Positions 1-7,927 of a stretch of 26,221 nucleotides of DNA are shown in pieces. A program made the translations under genes and the position numbers. This stretch comes from a virus. Lineage: Duplodnaviria > Caudoviricetes. The stretch is taken from positions 1 to 26,221 of the IMG/VR virus record IMGVR_UViG_3300020420_000054. One strand, given 5' to 3'. The notes beneath the pieces were generated by a model that saw nothing but the letters and a program-made list of their open reading frames with translations, made no database searches and was not told the DNA's origin. How positions within the stretch are numbered: the first letter of the stretch is position 1; each line of letters opens with the position of its first letter.

Positions 1-536
1 GATATTCCTGCACGTACAAAATCTTGTATATGTGGTACAGTAAAATGAAGTAACCAACTTGGCCAGACTATCAAAGTACCTGGTTTATGTGTAGGTGCTG
101 GAACTGCATTTTCATATTTTGCTGATATAATTTCCATCTGATTATATGATCTGAACGATACAGGATCTTGAAACATAGTGGGATGACCTTCAGTTAAACA
201 GTATAACCCACTCCAGTATGACATAGGGTGTCTGTGAATATTGTGACAACCAGCACTCATTTCTGGAGAGACAACACCCCACATCAAAGAGATCTCAAAC
301 TTACCATACATTTCATACTGTTGATCTAGTCTGATCTCTTCAAGACAACTTTCTATCCAATCTGTAGTAGGTTTGAAAGCATCTAATAGATGTAAGTTCC
401 CTGCTGTAGTCTGTACATTATTTGGCATATTAAACATCCCTCTCTCAATAGGATCTAACGCATCGAGAGTAGGTTCTATCAAATCTGTGTTCTCAAATGT
501 ATAAAGTTCTACAGGAAAGATAGGATGTTTGTTCAT
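1..536 (-). CDS. 2OG-Fe(II) oxygenase-like protein (TIGR02466/2OG-FeII_Oxy_5 type), truncated at the window edge; missing from the ORF track
   Basis: Hand translation from ATG at 536: MNKHPIFPVELYTFEN...SLMWGVVS...GCHNIHRHPMSYWSGLYCL...FQDP...GTLIVWPSWLLHFTVPH...RAGIS. It has the family HxH, SGxY, FxDP and (F/W)PSWLxH motifs, and an ATGA overlap with the upstream peptide. Confidence 0.85.
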   Translation of the reverse strand, partial: MNKHPIFPVELYTFENTDLIEPTLDALDPIERGMFNMPNNVQTTAGNLHLLDAFKPTTDWIESCLEEIRLDQQYEMYGKFEISLMWGVVSPEMSAGCHNIHRHPMSYWSGLYCLTEGHPTMFQDPVSFRSYNQMEIISAKYENAVPAPTHKPGTLIVWPSWLLHFTVPHIQDFVRAGI

Positions 537-622
537 TTCTTTTTAAATTCTTCGTACTGGTAGATGAGATAGACACCTAGAACTACCCAGAATATTAATT
601 CAAGTCCGTAATTGTTCACCAT
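533..622 (-). CDS. 29-aa single-pass membrane peptide (MVNNYGLELIFWVVLGVYLIYQYEEFKKK)
   Basis: Fills the gap exactly: its start overlaps the methyltransferase stop (ATGGTGA) and its stop overlaps the oxygenase start (ATGA). Hydrophobic core followed by a basic tail. Confidence 0.65.
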   Translation of the reverse strand: MVNNYGLELIFWVVLGVYLIYQYEEFKKK

Positions 623-1203
623 TCAGATCCTCCTTTTTTCCAAACGAATGTAGAATCATATACTGACATATGACTCTTGATACTATACTGCTCTCGGAAT
701 TGAGAGACAGCAGTTGCAACTGCATCTGATTTATAATCGTGACCTATAAACAATCCACCGTGTTTAAGTTTAGGATACCAATCTTTTAGTTCTCTTTTGA
801 CCTGATCATAATTTAACCACGCATCTAAAAATATAAAATCAAATGATTCATCGTCAGCAGTTCTAACACAATCCTCTGTATTACCTTTCCAGATTTCTGA
901 TTTATGTTGCTCACCTGACCACTTGATATGATGTTTTGCAGTAAACTCATTCATCTCCATCTGTGGTTCAGTAGTTGATTGCGATGGTGCGTGTATTCCA
1001 TCCTCTCGTAAATAATCTGTATAAGGTTTCCAGTTATCTACACCATATAATTTTTTTATGTTAGGACAATTCTGTAATAAAGTTACGTGACTCTGTGCTG
1101 TATCAACACCTAGTTCTAATCCTATTAAGTTAGGTCCGTGCATACCTATGAGGTGTACAACAGACCTACAATCAGTCAAAGCATCACGAAAGTTATAATA
1201 CAT
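616..1203 (-). CDS. Class I SAM-dependent methyltransferase (Methyltransf_24-like)
   Basis: Motif I-like GLELGVDTAQS, LYGVDNW, FDFIFLDA and LKHGGLFIGHDY. TAATG coupling to the upstream gene. Confidence 0.85.
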   Translation of the reverse strand: MYYNFRDALTDCRSVVHLIGMHGPNLIGLELGVDTAQSHVTLLQNCPNIKKLYGVDNWKPYTDYLREDGIHAPSQSTTEPQMEMNEFTAKHHIKWSGEQHKSEIWKGNTEDCVRTADDESFDFIFLDAWLNYDQVKRELKDWYPKLKHGGLFIGHDYKSDAVATAVSQFREQYSIKSHMSVYDSTFVWKKGGSEW

Positions 1204-1694
1204 TAATAAAGAAAATCCTCCAATGAGTGAGTCTTCTTCTCAACTAAAGGTTCAATCTCACCTTCTTTGAGCAAGTCCTCAGTAGAATAGTTCAGATCTT
1301 TCCAGTAGTGTACTGCTACATTACCTTCAAGATAGTGAATAGCATTCTGAACACCTTCTAGGTTATCACCTAGGTGTCCGATACCTCTATTGCAATGGTG
1401 GCACAACCACCCTCGTAGTTCACCTGTATCGTGGCGATGATCTGCACATAGATGTTTAAAGTCTACCATCTTTCCACAACAATGACAACCTTTGGGATAC
1501 TCTGCTTGTCCTCGTTCTACTTTTTCTATGAGTTGCATTCTCAAGTTTCTTGCTATTAGTGTGTTTTTATTATGACACTGTTTACAGGTGTTGGTTGTAC
1601 CATCCCTGACACGTGCCCTCTCTGTTCTGAATTTGTTTATTGGTAGTATTTGTTTACAAGATATACATCGTTTTTTTAGATTTTCATATTCCAT
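1203..1694 (-). CDS. Endonuclease VII-family (His-Me finger) nuclease with N-terminal zinc finger
   Basis: N-terminal CISC...CKQC, then CHCC...LCADHRHDTGELRGWLCHHCNRGIGHLGDN, matching the EndoVII DHxHxTGxxRGxLCxxCN pattern. Confidence 0.85.
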   Translation of the reverse strand: MEYENLKKRCISCKQILPINKFRTERARVRDGTTNTCKQCHNKNTLIARNLRMQLIEKVERGQAEYPKGCHCCGKMVDFKHLCADHRHDTGELRGWLCHHCNRGIGHLGDNLEGVQNAIHYLEGNVAVHYWKDLNYSTEDLLKEGEIEPLVEKKTHSLEDFLY

Positions 1695-1710
1695 ATTAGG
1701 TAATATTTGG

Positions 1711-2655
1711 TTATTTGAATTTACACTCCGACATAACCTCTGTGAGAAATGCTACTAGATTAATTTCTTGATCAGCAACAAAGGCAGACTTGTACTGATA
1801 CTCACCTATTATCAAGACAGCAGCAGGGATTGATGCGGGTTCTAAATATGTATACAGGGAATCATATATTTTACGCATTATTTGTTTAGGATCGTTATCT
1901 AAGTTTTGAACTACCCATTTTTTCATAGCAGTAAACTGTCTATCTTTTAATGATGACATCAAATCTTCTATCTTTGTATCCGATACAACTGCTAAGACAC
2001 CTGTATCAATCTTACCTAGTGAAGCATATCTTTGTAACTCATTAAGTGATCTTCTAAAGTCTGGAAAATGTTTATTGATAAGTGCTGCTAGTACACGTGG
2101 TTCTGCTTCAACTTTTTGTTCTTTACATATCTCACGTACACGAGTAAAAAATTCTGCTGCAAGATTTTGTTTTTCTTTTCCTGTAATATTAAATTCAATA
2201 CAACTACATCTAGAATGTAGAGGTTCTAGTATCTTGTTCTTGTAGTTACACGTGAAGATAAATCTACAGTTGTTCTGGAATTCCTCAATCGCTGCACGGA
2301 GTAAGAGTTGTACATCGTGTGTCGTATTATCCGCTTCATCAATAATAATAACTTTATGCTTTGATTCAGATGTAAGAGAAACAGTAGAAGCAAAGGACTT
2401 TGCCTGATTGCGTACAGTGTCCAAGAATCTACCCTCATCAGACCCATTAATAACATAGTAATCTGCTCCTATTTCTTCACATAATGCTTTTGCTACAGTA
2501 GTCTTACCGACTCCTGCTGTTCCTGATAATAATAAATTAGGTATCTCACCTTTTGCTACAAATCCTTGTAGCATATTTTTTAGATGGTCAGGTAAAATAC
2601 AATCATCTATTTTGTGAGGACGGTATTGTTCAGACCAGAGAAATGATTCAGACAT
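1711..2655 (-). CDS. gp44: Clamp loader large (ATPase) subunit
   Basis: LWSEQYRP start, Walker A GTAGVGKT, Walker B IIIDEAD and the SRC motif; lies near gp45. Confidence 0.96.
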   Translation of the reverse strand: MSESFLWSEQYRPHKIDDCILPDHLKNMLQGFVAKGEIPNLLLSGTAGVGKTTVAKALCEEIGADYYVINGSDEGRFLDTVRNQAKSFASTVSLTSESKHKVIIIDEADNTTHDVQLLLRAAIEEFQNNCRFIFTCNYKNKILEPLHSRCSCIEFNITGKEKQNLAAEFFTRVREICKEQKVEAEPRVLAALINKHFPDFRRSLNELQRYASLGKIDTGVLAVVSDTKIEDLMSSLKDRQFTAMKKWVVQNLDNDPKQIMRKIYDSLYTYLEPASIPAAVLIIGEYQYKSAFVADQEINLVAFLTEVMSECKFK

Positions 2656-3202
2656 AGATTGTTTCTTCAGATTTCACAAAGTTCATACTAAAAATAATTT
2701 TATCTTCGTTACTATTGTGTGGTAATGATTGATGAATTAAATATGATGGAAAGAATATCATATCACCTTCTTTAACATTTGGGAATGCTTCATCAATATG
2801 TCCTGACCAAGGGTCAGTTATAGGTGAAATGAATGCAGTTGGTTTGTGTCCATATCCTAGTTGTGCATAGAAAACAGAAGACCATCCGATAGCACCGTGT
2901 GTATGTGCAGGATGGTACTGACTATTTTTAGAATATCTTTGACACCAAGCAGAATTTACATAGGCACCAGGATTCTCTCTTTGAAATATTTGCATCGGTA
3001 AATCAAGGATTGCCATCAAGTGATCAAAGTAATCAGGCATCTGTCCTGCTTTGAAAAACTTATGATAGTCTGTCCAACAATGTTCTAACTGACAATCCTT
3101 ATCACTCCAATCCATTCTATCTAAGAAGGCACTCTTTTGGTTCTGCCAATCTCCTACTGGGACTATGAATATTGGAACATCAAAAAGAGATCTTCTAAAC
3201 AT
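2648..3202 (-). CDS. 2OG-Fe(II) oxygenase-like protein (TIGR02466 type)
   Basis: LFDVPIF N-terminus, HPAHTH, WSSVFY, EGDMIFFPSYLIH and a terminal IIFSMN strand. Confidence 0.85.
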   Translation of the reverse strand: MFRRSLFDVPIFIVPVGDWQNQKSAFLDRMDWSDKDCQLEHCWTDYHKFFKAGQMPDYFDHLMAILDLPMQIFQRENPGAYVNSAWCQRYSKNSQYHPAHTHGAIGWSSVFYAQLGYGHKPTAFISPITDPWSGHIDEAFPNVKEGDMIFFPSYLIHQSLPHNSNEDKIIFSMNFVKSEETIYV

Positions 3203-3885
3203 TATGGTTCTAATGCAATAAAGTATTCTACTCCATTACCTTCAGATTTAAAACGACTTATCTTATTAGAAGATATTTCAACGTTGTAATCACCAGGTAA
3301 TATTCTTATGTTTTCTACCTTGAAACAAAAACAGAACTCAGTATCAAATTCATTCTTACCAACTGGTACACTGTAAGTATTTGATGTTTCATTCTTCTTG
3401 TCACATACCATAAGATGAACCTTCTCACCTTTATTGTAAACACATAAGTCTTCAACTTTATATACTGCTGCTGCACGTAAGATATTGTTTAAAGTTTCTG
3501 CTCTAAGATTGAAACTAACATCAACTTCTGGCATTGCAATATCTTTCGTAGGTAAGGTAGGATTGATAATCGATGCCTCATCATAGAAAAATGTTGTAGT
3601 TGCGTTTGTTACTTCATCACGAGTAATTAATTTTTGAGTATGCGTGAAGTCGAATACTGGATTCTCAAACAATGATAGACCAGAGAGGAATACACCCAGA
3701 TCATAAATCGGGATTTCTCTTGGGAATTTCTCAGTGACTTTAGCAGAAGCATAGATGTTTTTGTTGATGCTGAGTGTCCTAACTTTGCTACCACTCTCAA
3801 TAATAATAGACTTGTTGATGGTTGCGAAGTTTTTGAGGACGTTCTGCGTTCTCTTGGAAAGTTTAACAATAGTCTCAGTTGTCAT
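3202..3885 (-). CDS. gp45: DNA polymerase sliding clamp
   Basis: KLSKRTQNVLKNFATINKSI N-terminus, IYDLGVFL, LPGDYNV and YFIALE C-terminus, typical of gp45. Confidence 0.95.
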   Translation of the reverse strand: MTTETIVKLSKRTQNVLKNFATINKSIIIESGSKVRTLSINKNIYASAKVTEKFPREIPIYDLGVFLSGLSLFENPVFDFTHTQKLITRDEVTNATTTFFYDEASIINPTLPTKDIAMPEVDVSFNLRAETLNNILRAAAVYKVEDLCVYNKGEKVHLMVCDKKNETSNTYSVPVGKNEFDTEFCFCFKVENIRILPGDYNVEISSNKISRFKSEGNGVEYFIALEP

Positions 3886-3888
3886 AAT

Positions 3889-4203
3889 TTATTTGTCGTA
3901 ATCTACAGTAAATGCTGTAGAACCAGAGATGTTTAGATTAGAGGTTGCTTTCTTGTCATTGAAATGCAATAACAGTATAGCATAGTGAACAATTTTTACA
4001 ATATCTTTTCTCGCTGAACCCTTACGATCATATCGAGAAGCATATTTAAGAATGTTCGATCTACAAAATGCTTCTGCATCTCCAACAGAATCTATCAGGT
4101 CAAGTGTTTGAACATTACCTTTTGAATAATGCTGTTGGTAAGTTTGCGATATGTAATCTGCAACTTCACTGAGGAGTTTATCCTCATCATATTTGAATGC
4201 CAC
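3889..4203 (-). CDS. DUF3310-like protein (family related to T7 gp1.7 nucleotide kinase); start reassigned to GTG at 4203
   Basis: HY...FCRSNILKYASRYDRKG...DIVKIVHY pattern. The longer ORF from TTG 4257 runs through a promoter and hairpin, so the GTG start is preferred. Confidence 0.65.
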   Translation of the reverse strand: MAFKYDEDKLLSEVADYISQTYQQHYSKGNVQTLDLIDSVGDAEAFCRSNILKYASRYDRKGSARKDIVKIVHYAILLLHFNDKKATSNLNISGSTAFTVDYDK

Positions 4204-4228
4204 AAAAAAGGGGGTTTTGAACCCCCTT
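4204..4228 (-). terminator. Intrinsic terminator downstream of the cobS-like gene
   Basis: Minus strand AAGGGGGTT-CAA-AACCCCCTT, a perfect 9-bp stem running into a U6 tract. Confidence 0.75.
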
Positions 4229-4257
4229 ATAATAACTCTTTTTAAATCAGAAGTCAA
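4229..4257 (-). promoter_or_regulatory. sigma70-type promoter for the DUF3310-gp45-gp44 operon
   Basis: TTGACT (4257-4252), 17-nt spacer, TATTAT (4234-4229). Confidence 0.7.
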
Positions 4258-5342
4258 CCTTGTGGATTATCTGATAGTGGTGTTGGTGGTGCAACATCGA
4301 AATCAGCATCGATCTTGTCATACAACTCAAGGAATGCTTGCTTTGTCTCATCATCGAATCTGTTGATGCTGTACTGGATAGCAGTTTCTTTAGAACCAAA
4401 GATATCAAATGCTCTCACAACGTGTACAAGACGACGTGTAGAGATCACTTCATCAACTCCACCATCCTTGAATGTCTTACGAATGATGTCTGCCCAACTT
4501 GCAAGTCTTTCACAGAACTGTTTGTTAGAAGAAATCTTGTTAAGAATCTTTGTCTCTGTCTGAGGTGATGGATAGTCTTGCTCTAGAGTAATAGCAAATC
4601 TCTCAAGGAATGCTTCGTTAAGAACATTGGTACCGATGAATCTACCATCGTCAGAACCTTTACCCTTTGTGTTTGCTGTAGCAATTACGTTGAAACCTTT
4701 TGCAGGATGGACGTATCTACCTATCTTCTTAAGGAAGACTCCCTTACCTTCAAGAATACTTTGTAAGCATAGTATCTTGTTAGATGCTAGATCGACTTCA
4801 TCTAGAAGGAGGACAGTTCCCCTTTCCAAAGCTTCGATAACGGGTCCATTATGCCAAACAGTGTCACCGTTAACAAGACGAAACCCACCAATAAGATCAT
4901 CTTCGTCTGTTTCAATGGTAATGTTTACACGTATTAACTCTTTATTTAGTTGAGCACACGCTTGTTCTACACCGAATGTTTTACCGTTACCTGACAATCC
5001 TGTAATGAATGTTGGGTAGAATGCACCTGACTTAAGTATCTTCTTTACTGCATTGAAGTTACCGAATGGTACAAAGTTCTCATCCTTGAGTGGTACTAGA
5101 GATACTTTCTGTTCTTGAACATAAGTCTTCTCAAGTTGTTTACGTACTTCTTGTACTGTAAGGTTCCACTTACCTATACCTTTTTTGTAAGTCTTCAAAC
5201 GCTTCTTAACTGTAGCGAGAGAGCATTTGAATTCATCTGCTGCATTCATTAATTGAGGTACAGCAACTTCGTCTCCGAAGTTATCTTTTAGATAAGTAAC
5301 AAGGTCTTGTGTTGTCACTGGGATTTCTGTTTTGAATGGCAT
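4254..5342 (-). CDS. cobS: CobS-like / MoxR-type AAA+ ATPase
   Basis: Walker A GLSGNGKT, Walker B LLLDEVD, sensor ATANTKG, NEAFLERF and ISTRRL; adjacent to a vWA partner gene. Confidence 0.9.
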   Translation of the reverse strand: MPFKTEIPVTTQDLVTYLKDNFGDEVAVPQLMNAADEFKCSLATVKKRLKTYKKGIGKWNLTVQEVRKQLEKTYVQEQKVSLVPLKDENFVPFGNFNAVKKILKSGAFYPTFITGLSGNGKTFGVEQACAQLNKELIRVNITIETDEDDLIGGFRLVNGDTVWHNGPVIEALERGTVLLLDEVDLASNKILCLQSILEGKGVFLKKIGRYVHPAKGFNVIATANTKGKGSDDGRFIGTNVLNEAFLERFAITLEQDYPSPQTETKILNKISSNKQFCERLASWADIIRKTFKDGGVDEVISTRRLVHVVRAFDIFGSKETAIQYSINRFDDETKQAFLELYDKIDADFDVAPPTPLSDNPQG

Positions 5343-5367
5343 TGTGTGTCCTGTTGTCTATGTATAC

Positions 5368-5423
5368 ATTATGACATAGGAAAACCCCCTTATAGGGGGT
5401 TAGTGGACACTTTGTCAGGTGGT
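5368..5423 (-). promoter_or_regulatory. Early promoter cassette 1: upstream box + stem-loop + -10
   Basis: Box ACCACCTGACAAAGTGTC (5423-5406), perfect 8-bp hairpin AACCCCCT-ATA-AGGGGGTT (5401-5383) and -10 CATAAT (5373-5368). Same layout as 7782-7836. Confidence 0.7.
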
Positions 5424-7756
5424 TATGCAACTGTCTTAGAGAATGATGTGAGCAATCTTTTATTGGATGCTTTACCTTTAAACATCTTCTTGAATGCAGA
5501 TCTGATCTGTGCCTTGGTTGCACCCTCATCAAGTTCTTCCATCGAATGATCGTCAGTTGTATTGGTTGATGGTAGGATGAATAACTTATCAAAACCAGAG
5601 TTGTCCATTTCAAAGAATCTATTCTTTTTGTAGGATGCTGATGCTTCCTCCCAAGAACCTTTGAAGTAACCTCTAACAGATTGCTGTCTGAAGTAAGAAC
5701 CACCCTCACCTTTAGATAGTATTCTGAATCCTAGTAGGTTGACATATGGGAAGGACTCTTTTAGGTGTGATAGGAAAGAGTTGTAACTTGTTTCGATGTC
5801 ATAACTGTGAGGATATACTCTACCAGTTTTACGGTTACGTAATTGACATCTAGAATTGAAACTGTTGCTGTAGTATCTTTCGACCTCACCCATAAAATTT
5901 CTGGGGCAGTAGTATGAGCAAGGAGCAGTTTCACCATCACTTAAGATACTTACAGATATTTTTTCTGCACCTGTTTCTTTTCTGAATGCAGGGATTACTG
6001 AATGTAATACTGTTACTGTTTCCATAAGTGGAGTAGAACCAAGACCAAACTTAGGAGGATTTGGAAGTCTTCTACCGTGGTAGTAAGAGAATCTATTGTA
6101 ATTTTCCTGTAAGTCATTTGAATCTTCTAATCTGTAGTCTCCTGCTGACATACCAACTCTGAAGAAGTTTTTGATGTTGTGCTCAAATGTCTTATTGTTA
6201 CCATTAGATGTTAGTAATTCCATAAGACAGAATCCTTCGTTCAAATCTACATTACCCATCTTCTCAGGCATAATCATTTGCTTTCTTCCCCAAGACATTC
6301 TGTAGTTAGAGAAAGCATATACCTTGAATGGAATCTGAACCTTACGACAGAACCAAGCGAGTGAACAAACTTGTTTTACTGTATCTAAAAGATTGTGATT
6401 CATAGAACCTGACCAATCTAATACAAAGATCATACCGTGGTTCTTACCGTCAGGTAGAGTTGTTACTTTCTTGAATAGATCTTCGTTGTACTTGTACTGA
6501 TGAAGAATCTTTGTGTTAAGAACTCCTGTACGAGATACCCCTGCTCTAGCATATGCTTGTGCTGACTTTCTCATCTCAAACTCTTTTACAAGATAGTTAA
6601 CTTCTGGTTGAGATTGCTTTCTGAATTTCTCATACTCTTTATCTGCAAGACCAAGAGTGTATAGTGCTTCTGATAGTTGATCGTTCTCAACATTCTGATC
6701 ACTTGACCAAGAAGAATTGCACTGTCTTGTAAGTTGGAAATCTGTAAACCAAGTATCTAGTTCTTCTTGAATCTCCTTCTCACTGATGATGACATCTTTA
6801 AGATCATTGACTCTAGGAATTTCTACATACTCAATTTCATAACCACCGTGCTTGACATAATCTTTTACTTTCTGAATGAAAGTATTGTCAGTTTCTGCTT
6901 CTGGTTTGAACTGTTCTGGAGTTGGTGCTGATGCTTCTGTATTTACATCTGCCTTTGAAGGTTCTTGAGCAGTTGCAGGAGTTGGAGGTGCTTGACCCGC
7001 TTCAGTATCTAATGAATCCCAAGGTTGATTTGGATTGATGATTTCCTGATCAGGTGTTTGCTCTGCATCTTCTGCTTTGTTTCCTTTACCTTCTGATAGA
7101 TCTTCACCTTCTTCAAGGTAGTCTGGTTGCTGTCCACCTTGACCACCTTCCATTGATAGCATCTCTTCTTGCTCTTCTTCTGCTTTTTCTGCTTGCTCTT
7201 CTTCCCACTGTTGCTTCATAAAATCAAAGATGTCTTTAGAGAGTTGCATAACTTCTTCAAATGTTTCTACTTCTTCTGCTCTTTTAACAAACTCATACTC
7301 TGAATCTTGGAAAGGAATGTAAGTGAAGTTACCAACTTTGAACTGAAGATTGATACGATCAATTAATTGAATGTCACGTAGATCACCTTTGTCATTTACT
7401 TGAAAGAAATCTTCTCCATCTAACTCTTGATATCCTTTGAAGAATGTCTTTGGTAATCCTGCATACTTTCTCTTCATTAACTTCTCGATACGAGCATCTT
7501 CAATAACATTGATGAATGAATGAGGAACCTTGATCTTTGATGTCCAATCTTCGTTAGGAGTGAATAGTGCGTGACCTACCTCGTGAGAAACAAGCATATC
7601 ATATACATCCTCTGATGCGTTGTCCCATACAGGTAATGTCAACACACGTCTTTCTACATCGAACTGTGCTGTCTCACATTTTCTGTGCTCTACAACTAGA
7701 TCTTCTGTTGCAAGTAGTTTAGCAAGTGTACCTTTGACTCCTGTGTTGATTGTCAT
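5423..7756 (-). CDS. Metallopeptidase-like + vWA (CobT-like) protein, 777 aa
   Basis: HEVGH (aa 58-62) with downstream NVIEDARIE, a long acidic linker, and a vWA MIDAS site (DWSGSM...GSTP...ILSDGE). Confidence 0.85.
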   Translation of the reverse strand: MTINTGVKGTLAKLLATEDLVVEHRKCETAQFDVERRVLTLPVWDNASEDVYDMLVSHEVGHALFTPNEDWTSKIKVPHSFINVIEDARIEKLMKRKYAGLPKTFFKGYQELDGEDFFQVNDKGDLRDIQLIDRINLQFKVGNFTYIPFQDSEYEFVKRAEEVETFEEVMQLSKDIFDFMKQQWEEEQAEKAEEEQEEMLSMEGGQGGQQPDYLEEGEDLSEGKGNKAEDAEQTPDQEIINPNQPWDSLDTEAGQAPPTPATAQEPSKADVNTEASAPTPEQFKPEAETDNTFIQKVKDYVKHGGYEIEYVEIPRVNDLKDVIISEKEIQEELDTWFTDFQLTRQCNSSWSSDQNVENDQLSEALYTLGLADKEYEKFRKQSQPEVNYLVKEFEMRKSAQAYARAGVSRTGVLNTKILHQYKYNEDLFKKVTTLPDGKNHGMIFVLDWSGSMNHNLLDTVKQVCSLAWFCRKVQIPFKVYAFSNYRMSWGRKQMIMPEKMGNVDLNEGFCLMELLTSNGNNKTFEHNIKNFFRVGMSAGDYRLEDSNDLQENYNRFSYYHGRRLPNPPKFGLGSTPLMETVTVLHSVIPAFRKETGAEKISVSILSDGETAPCSYYCPRNFMGEVERYYSNSFNSRCQLRNRKTGRVYPHSYDIETSYNSFLSHLKESFPYVNLLGFRILSKGEGGSYFRQQSVRGYFKGSWEEASASYKKNRFFEMDNSGFDKLFILPSTNTTDDHSMEELDEGATKAQIRSAFKKMFKGKASNKRLLTSFSKTVA

Positions 7757-7771
7757 AATTCTGTGTGTCGC

Positions 7772-7927
7772 TTATATACACATTATAATAGAAGAACCGC
7801 CACTAGGACGGTTCAATAGACACTTTATCAACTGTCTACGTCTGGCACGTGCTTGACGTAGTGCTTGTGGTTTAAGATGTCGCTTCTTCTCCTTCTTGGA
7901 GTGGTGTTGCCAGTTCGGTACTTTCAT
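7772..7927 (-). CDS. Small, highly basic hypothetical protein (MKVPNWQHHSKKEKKRHLKPQALRQARARRRQL...)
   Basis: Start at 7927 is preferred. K/R-rich, and recalled as resembling small cyanophage ORFs (not verified). Confidence 0.6.
   Translation of the reverse strand: MKVPNWQHHSKKEKKRHLKPQALRQARARRRQLIKCLLNRPSGGSSIIMCI
7782..7836 (-). promoter_or_regulatory. Early promoter cassette 2: palindromic box + stem-loop + -10
   Basis: GACAGTTGATAAAGTGTC (GACA-N10-TGTC, 7836-7819), hairpin GAACCG...CGGTTC (7814-7794) and a perfect TATAAT (7787-7782). Confidence 0.75.

Noticed and set aside
616-1694. Classical type II restriction-modification pair
   Set aside because: The methyltransferase lacks the amino-MTase (D/N)PP(Y/F) and C5-MTase PC motifs; it looks like a small-molecule or O-methyltransferase.
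2226-3869. Alternative-frame minus ORFs 2226-2456 and 3627-3869 (likewise 7620-7856, 15095-15298, 16608-16856, 23528-23731)
   Set aside because: Nested in or overlapping established genes in another frame, with no independent support.
5281-5709. 142-aa minus-strand ORF
   Set aside because: Out-of-frame overlap with both the vWA and cobS genes and the promoter cassette; no recognisable features.
4254-7756. Cobalamin biosynthesis auxiliary genes (cobS/cobT as cobaltochelatase)
   Set aside because: No cobN or other cob genes in the window, and the partner has a peptidase-like domain. The name reflects family similarity only.
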